IMG/VR virus record: IMGVR_UViG_3300045988_013197
Span: 1 to 6,184 of that record
Direction: 5' to 3' (one strand)
Length of the DNA stretch: 6,184 nt
DNA from: a virus
Shown: positions 3,998-6,184 of the stretch, in pieces
Layout: the number at the start of each line of letters is the position of its first letter
Numbering within the stretch: position 1 is the stretch's first letter
Made by a program: the position numbers and the translations under genes
Notes under the pieces: model-generated
Database searches by the model: none
Seen by the model: only the letters and a program-made list of their open reading frames with translations
What the model was told of the DNA's origin: nothing

Positions 3998-5830
3998 ATG
4001 AAATATTCGCCAGAATTGCTTAAAGCTGCTGATTGTTGTCAGCATCGCTCATTTATTACCAACAAATATACGGGTAAGCGTATCGCTGTAGATTGCGGTC
4101 AATGCGATCACTGTATCCACAAGCGAGCTCAAAAGGCGTCTATGCGTGTGAAGACCGCTGGAAGTGCCTTCGAACATTGTTGGTTTGTTACGCTCACCTA
4201 TGATAATGAGCACATTCCGTTGTTTAATTGCGAGGTGTACTGCTCCGAATATGACGATGTTTTAAGTGATTCTGGCGTTGTTCATGGCTATGAAAAACAT
4301 TCTTATATTCCTGTTTCTGACTATCAACCTGAGGATTCTTCCCTTTTACGTCATATATTCTTCACGCAAGTTCAAGGTACAGTGCCGTTTGACCGTGAGA
4401 ACAAGGAATATGTTCCTGTTAAGGATAATTGGTTTCTTAGCATGGATGCTATTCGTAGTTTTATTCGTAAAACGCAGGCCGTTGACAATTCAGTCTATCC
4501 CGTTGCTGAAAAATACGGTGTTGATAACCTTATACCCTTTCTGAATTATGTTGATGTTCAGAATTATATTAAACGCTTACGTAAATATTTATATCAAGTT
4601 TTAGGTTCTTATGAAACGTTACACTTCTACGCTGTGGGTGAATACGGACCAGTCCATTTCCGCCCGCATTATCATATCTTATTATTCTCAAACTCGGAAA
4701 AAGTCTCAGCGGTATTACGACAGTGTCATGATAAGAGTTGGAAATTCGGTCGTTCAGATTTCCAGATTGCCCGTGGTGGAGCTTCATCATACGTTGCGAG
4801 TTATGTTAACAGCCTTAGTTCTGCTCCCTTATTATATCGAGCATGCAACTCATTTAAACCCCGACAAAGAGCGTCTCTTGGATTTTTTGAAAAAGGCGAG
4901 GTTTACGAGGAAGGTGAAGACGTCTATCATGCGATTGAGCAAAAAATCGATTCTGTCATTAATGGCCGAGTCTATAACTTCAACGGGATTAGTGTTAAAT
5001 CAACTCCCCCCTTGTCGTATATCCGTACCTTATTGCCCCGATTCTCAAGTGCTCGCTATGACGATGCTGTTGCGATTGCTAGAATTATTCGAGCTGTTGC
5101 AGATGCGCCAAAAAGAATCGCAAGGTTTGGTATTATAGATTATAATTCCGATTCTACCCTTTCTATTGTTCGTGCTTATTATCAATATATTACTTTAAAT
5201 CATCATTTAACCAATGAAGATGAAATTGTTTTACATTCTGCTCGGTGTCTTACTAGGCTCTGTAACAGTTCTTCTGATGTCGATATTAAATCTTATATTA
5301 ATAAGTTATATCGGCTATTCCTTTATGTCAGTAAGTTCCTTAGGAATTGGCATCTGCCTCCCATCGGTGGTAATCTTGATTCTTATGCCAATCGTATTAA
5401 TTTTATCATTAAAACAGGTATAGAGTATGAGAAAAAAGCGGACTATGTACGAATGTGTGATTCGTTGCGAATACAAGAAACATGTGAATTCCCTTTATTG
5501 CGATATTTTTACTTACCAGCCTCAGGATGTGAGGTGTCGACCGTTAAGGAGGAGAAAGACGGAACATTTTCCACGTACACTATTCGAGACAGAATGGCAG
5601 GAATCAAACCCACCATCTTACACTTTGATGACCCCCGAAAATTATTACTTTCCCCAGCTCTTTCTCGTTTGGTCGGATCATCCTTTAAAGCCTCGCAACC
5701 TGCAAATTACAACGATTTGTGCGACGACTTACAAAGGTGTCTGGATAACCGTGCATCGACGTTCTGCCGTGATATGATTAAACATAAGAAGCTAAATGAC
5801 GCTAATAATATATTTAACCGTATGGTCTAA
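3998..5830 (+). CDS. VP4: Rolling-circle replication initiator (HUH endonuclease; VP4 / gene A-like), unusually large at 610 aa
   Basis: The N-terminal Cys cluster is CC-x18-CGQCDHC. Motif 1 is FVTLTY (4184-4201) and the HUH motif is HYHILLF (4667-4687). The catalytic double-Tyr motif YVASYVN (4790-4810) is nearly identical to the phiX174 A protein active site YVAKYVNK. The gene starts 5 nt after the peptidase stop. Confidence 0.93.
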   Translation: MKYSPELLKAADCCQHRSFITNKYTGKRIAVDCGQCDHCIHKRAQKASMRVKTAGSAFEHCWFVTLTYDNEHIPLFNCEVYCSEYDDVLSDSGVVHGYEKHSYIPVSDYQPEDSSLLRHIFFTQVQGTVPFDRENKEYVPVKDNWFLSMDAIRSFIRKTQAVDNSVYPVAEKYGVDNLIPFLNYVDVQNYIKRLRKYLYQVLGSYETLHFYAVGEYGPVHFRPHYHILLFSNSEKVSAVLRQCHDKSWKFGRSDFQIARGGASSYVASYVNSLSSAPLLYRACNSFKPRQRASLGFFEKGEVYEEGEDVYHAIEQKIDSVINGRVYNFNGISVKSTPPLSYIRTLLPRFSSARYDDAVAIARIIRAVADAPKRIARFGIIDYNSDSTLSIVRAYYQYITLNHHLTNEDEIVLHSARCLTRLCNSSSDVDIKSYINKLYRLFLYVSKFLRNWHLPPIGGNLDSYANRINFIIKTGIEYEKKADYVRMCDSLRIQETCEFPLLRYFYLPASGCEVSTVKEEKDGTFSTYTIRDRMAGIKPTILHFDDPRKLLLSPALSRLVGSSFKASQPANYNDLCDDLQRCLDNRASTFCRDMIKHKKLNDANNIFNRMV

Positions 5831-5846
5831 TTTAAATTAATTAATT

Positions 5847-6184
5847 ATGAGTGATTTTAATCCGCTAGACCGAGCGAAAGTTGCCGTTCATCGCTCCTCC
5901 TTTGACTTGTCTAGTAAAAAATTATTTACGGCAAAAATTGGAGAGATCCTTCCTTGTTATTGGCAGATTGCTATTCCTGGTAACAAGTATCGTATCTCTT
6001 CTGACTGGTTTACTCGTACTGTTCCCGTTAATACGGCCGCATATACCCGTATTAAGGAGTATTATGATTTCTATGCTGTGCCGTTACGTTTAATTTCTCG
6101 TGCCCTTCCACAGGCATTTACTCAAATGACGGATTATATGACATCTGCTGCTAGTGGTTCGGCTAATACCTCTCAATTAAAATC
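5847..6184 (+). CDS. VP1: Major capsid protein VP1/F, N-terminal part (runs off the window end and continues at 56 through the circular junction)
   Basis: ATG at 5847, 16 nt after the Rep stop, with no stop codon to the window end. My translation is MSDFNPLDRAKVAVHRSSFDLSSKKLFTAKIGEILPCYWQIAIPGNKYRISSDWFTRTVPVNTAAYTRIKEYYDFYAVPLRLISRALPQAFTQMTDYMTSAASG... The RSSFDLS, G-x-LP, PG-x and FYAVPLRLI blocks match the conserved N-terminus of Microviridae major capsid proteins (compare Chlamydia-phage VP1 RSSFDRS...PGD...FFVPLRLIW). This ORF is absent from the supplied track only because it has no in-window stop. Confidence 0.93.
   Translation, partial: MSDFNPLDRAKVAVHRSSFDLSSKKLFTAKIGEILPCYWQIAIPGNKYRISSDWFTRTVPVNTAAYTRIKEYYDFYAVPLRLISRALPQAFTQMTDYMTSAASGSANTSQLK
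6130..6184. repeat. Terminal redundancy copy 2 (circular-genome overlap), identical to 1..55
   Basis: Exact 55-nt copy of the window start. This implies a 6129-nt circular molecule that was linearised inside the capsid gene. Confidence 0.95.

Noticed and set aside
237-4790. Minus-strand ORFs of 68-108 aa (237..533, 762..1088, 1528..1809, 1980..2204, 2301..2582, 2697..2903, 3663..3944 and 4569..4790).
   Set aside because: All lie antisense to well-supported + strand genes. Their translations are low-complexity and rich in R, S, I and L, with no motifs. Microviridae genomes encode all genes on one strand. These are shadow ORFs.
4611-5138. Long same-strand overlapping ORFs in the supplied track (175 aa at 4611..5138; also 2113..2304, the 3466 start of 3466..3690, 4266..4544, 5214..5423, 5427..5777 and 5881..6093). 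These could be overprinted genes like phiX174 B/K/E.
   Set aside because: Every one lies in the +1 frame relative to the real gene. Real codons here end mostly in T, so +1 codons have T at position 2. That excludes the stop codons TAA, TAG and TGA and yields Leu/Ile/Val/Phe-rich pseudo-proteins such as MLVLLVRVLLLLLVLLL. It is therefore a compositional artefact, although conservation tests could revisit 4611..5138.
1-6184. Search for CRISPR arrays, tRNA or rRNA genes, integrase, transposase or IS elements, and terminal inverted repeats flanking the GC-rich island.
   Set aside because: None were found. There are no spaced direct repeats, no recombinase-like ORF, and the island edges (around 3031 and 3320) share no convincing inverted or direct repeats that would mark a mobile-element insertion.

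Overview
The window is a complete, circularly permuted Microviridae (ssDNA phage) genome. Bases 1-55 repeat exactly at 6130-6184, so the unit circle is 6129 nt. All supported genes are on the + strand and are tightly packed, with gaps of 5-16 nt or ATGA-type overlaps. The major capsid gene VP1 is split by the linearisation (5847..6184 joined to 56..1454, 578 aa). It is followed by a 147-aa acidic protein that may be a scaffold, a 367-aa VP2-like pilot/minor capsid protein, and a 408-nt non-coding island. After the island come a translationally coupled accessory cassette (64-aa ORF, 27-aa transmembrane micro-ORF, 101-aa M15-family zinc peptidase) and a very large 610-aa HUH rolling-circle Rep (VP4). 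No start codon has a properly spaced Shine-Dalgarno sequence, and coding regions carry a heavy third-position T bias. Together with the genome and Rep size, this suggests an Alpavirinae-like phage of a Bacteroidota-type host, which is inference only. The most unusual part is 3015-3422, the only long non-coding stretch. About 270 nt of it are GC-rich (about 51% by my count, against 33-43% in the coding samples I counted), lack the T bias, and are packed with stem-loops and a thrice-repeated TATACAYCC motif. It is followed by an AT-rich hairpin and promoter-like tract. I cannot assign it to any RNA or DNA element family I know. Candidate roles are a structured RNA, a complementary-strand origin, or a folded ssDNA recombination site. 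The second item of interest is the holin/endolysin-like cassette, which is atypical for a phage family known for single-gene lysis.
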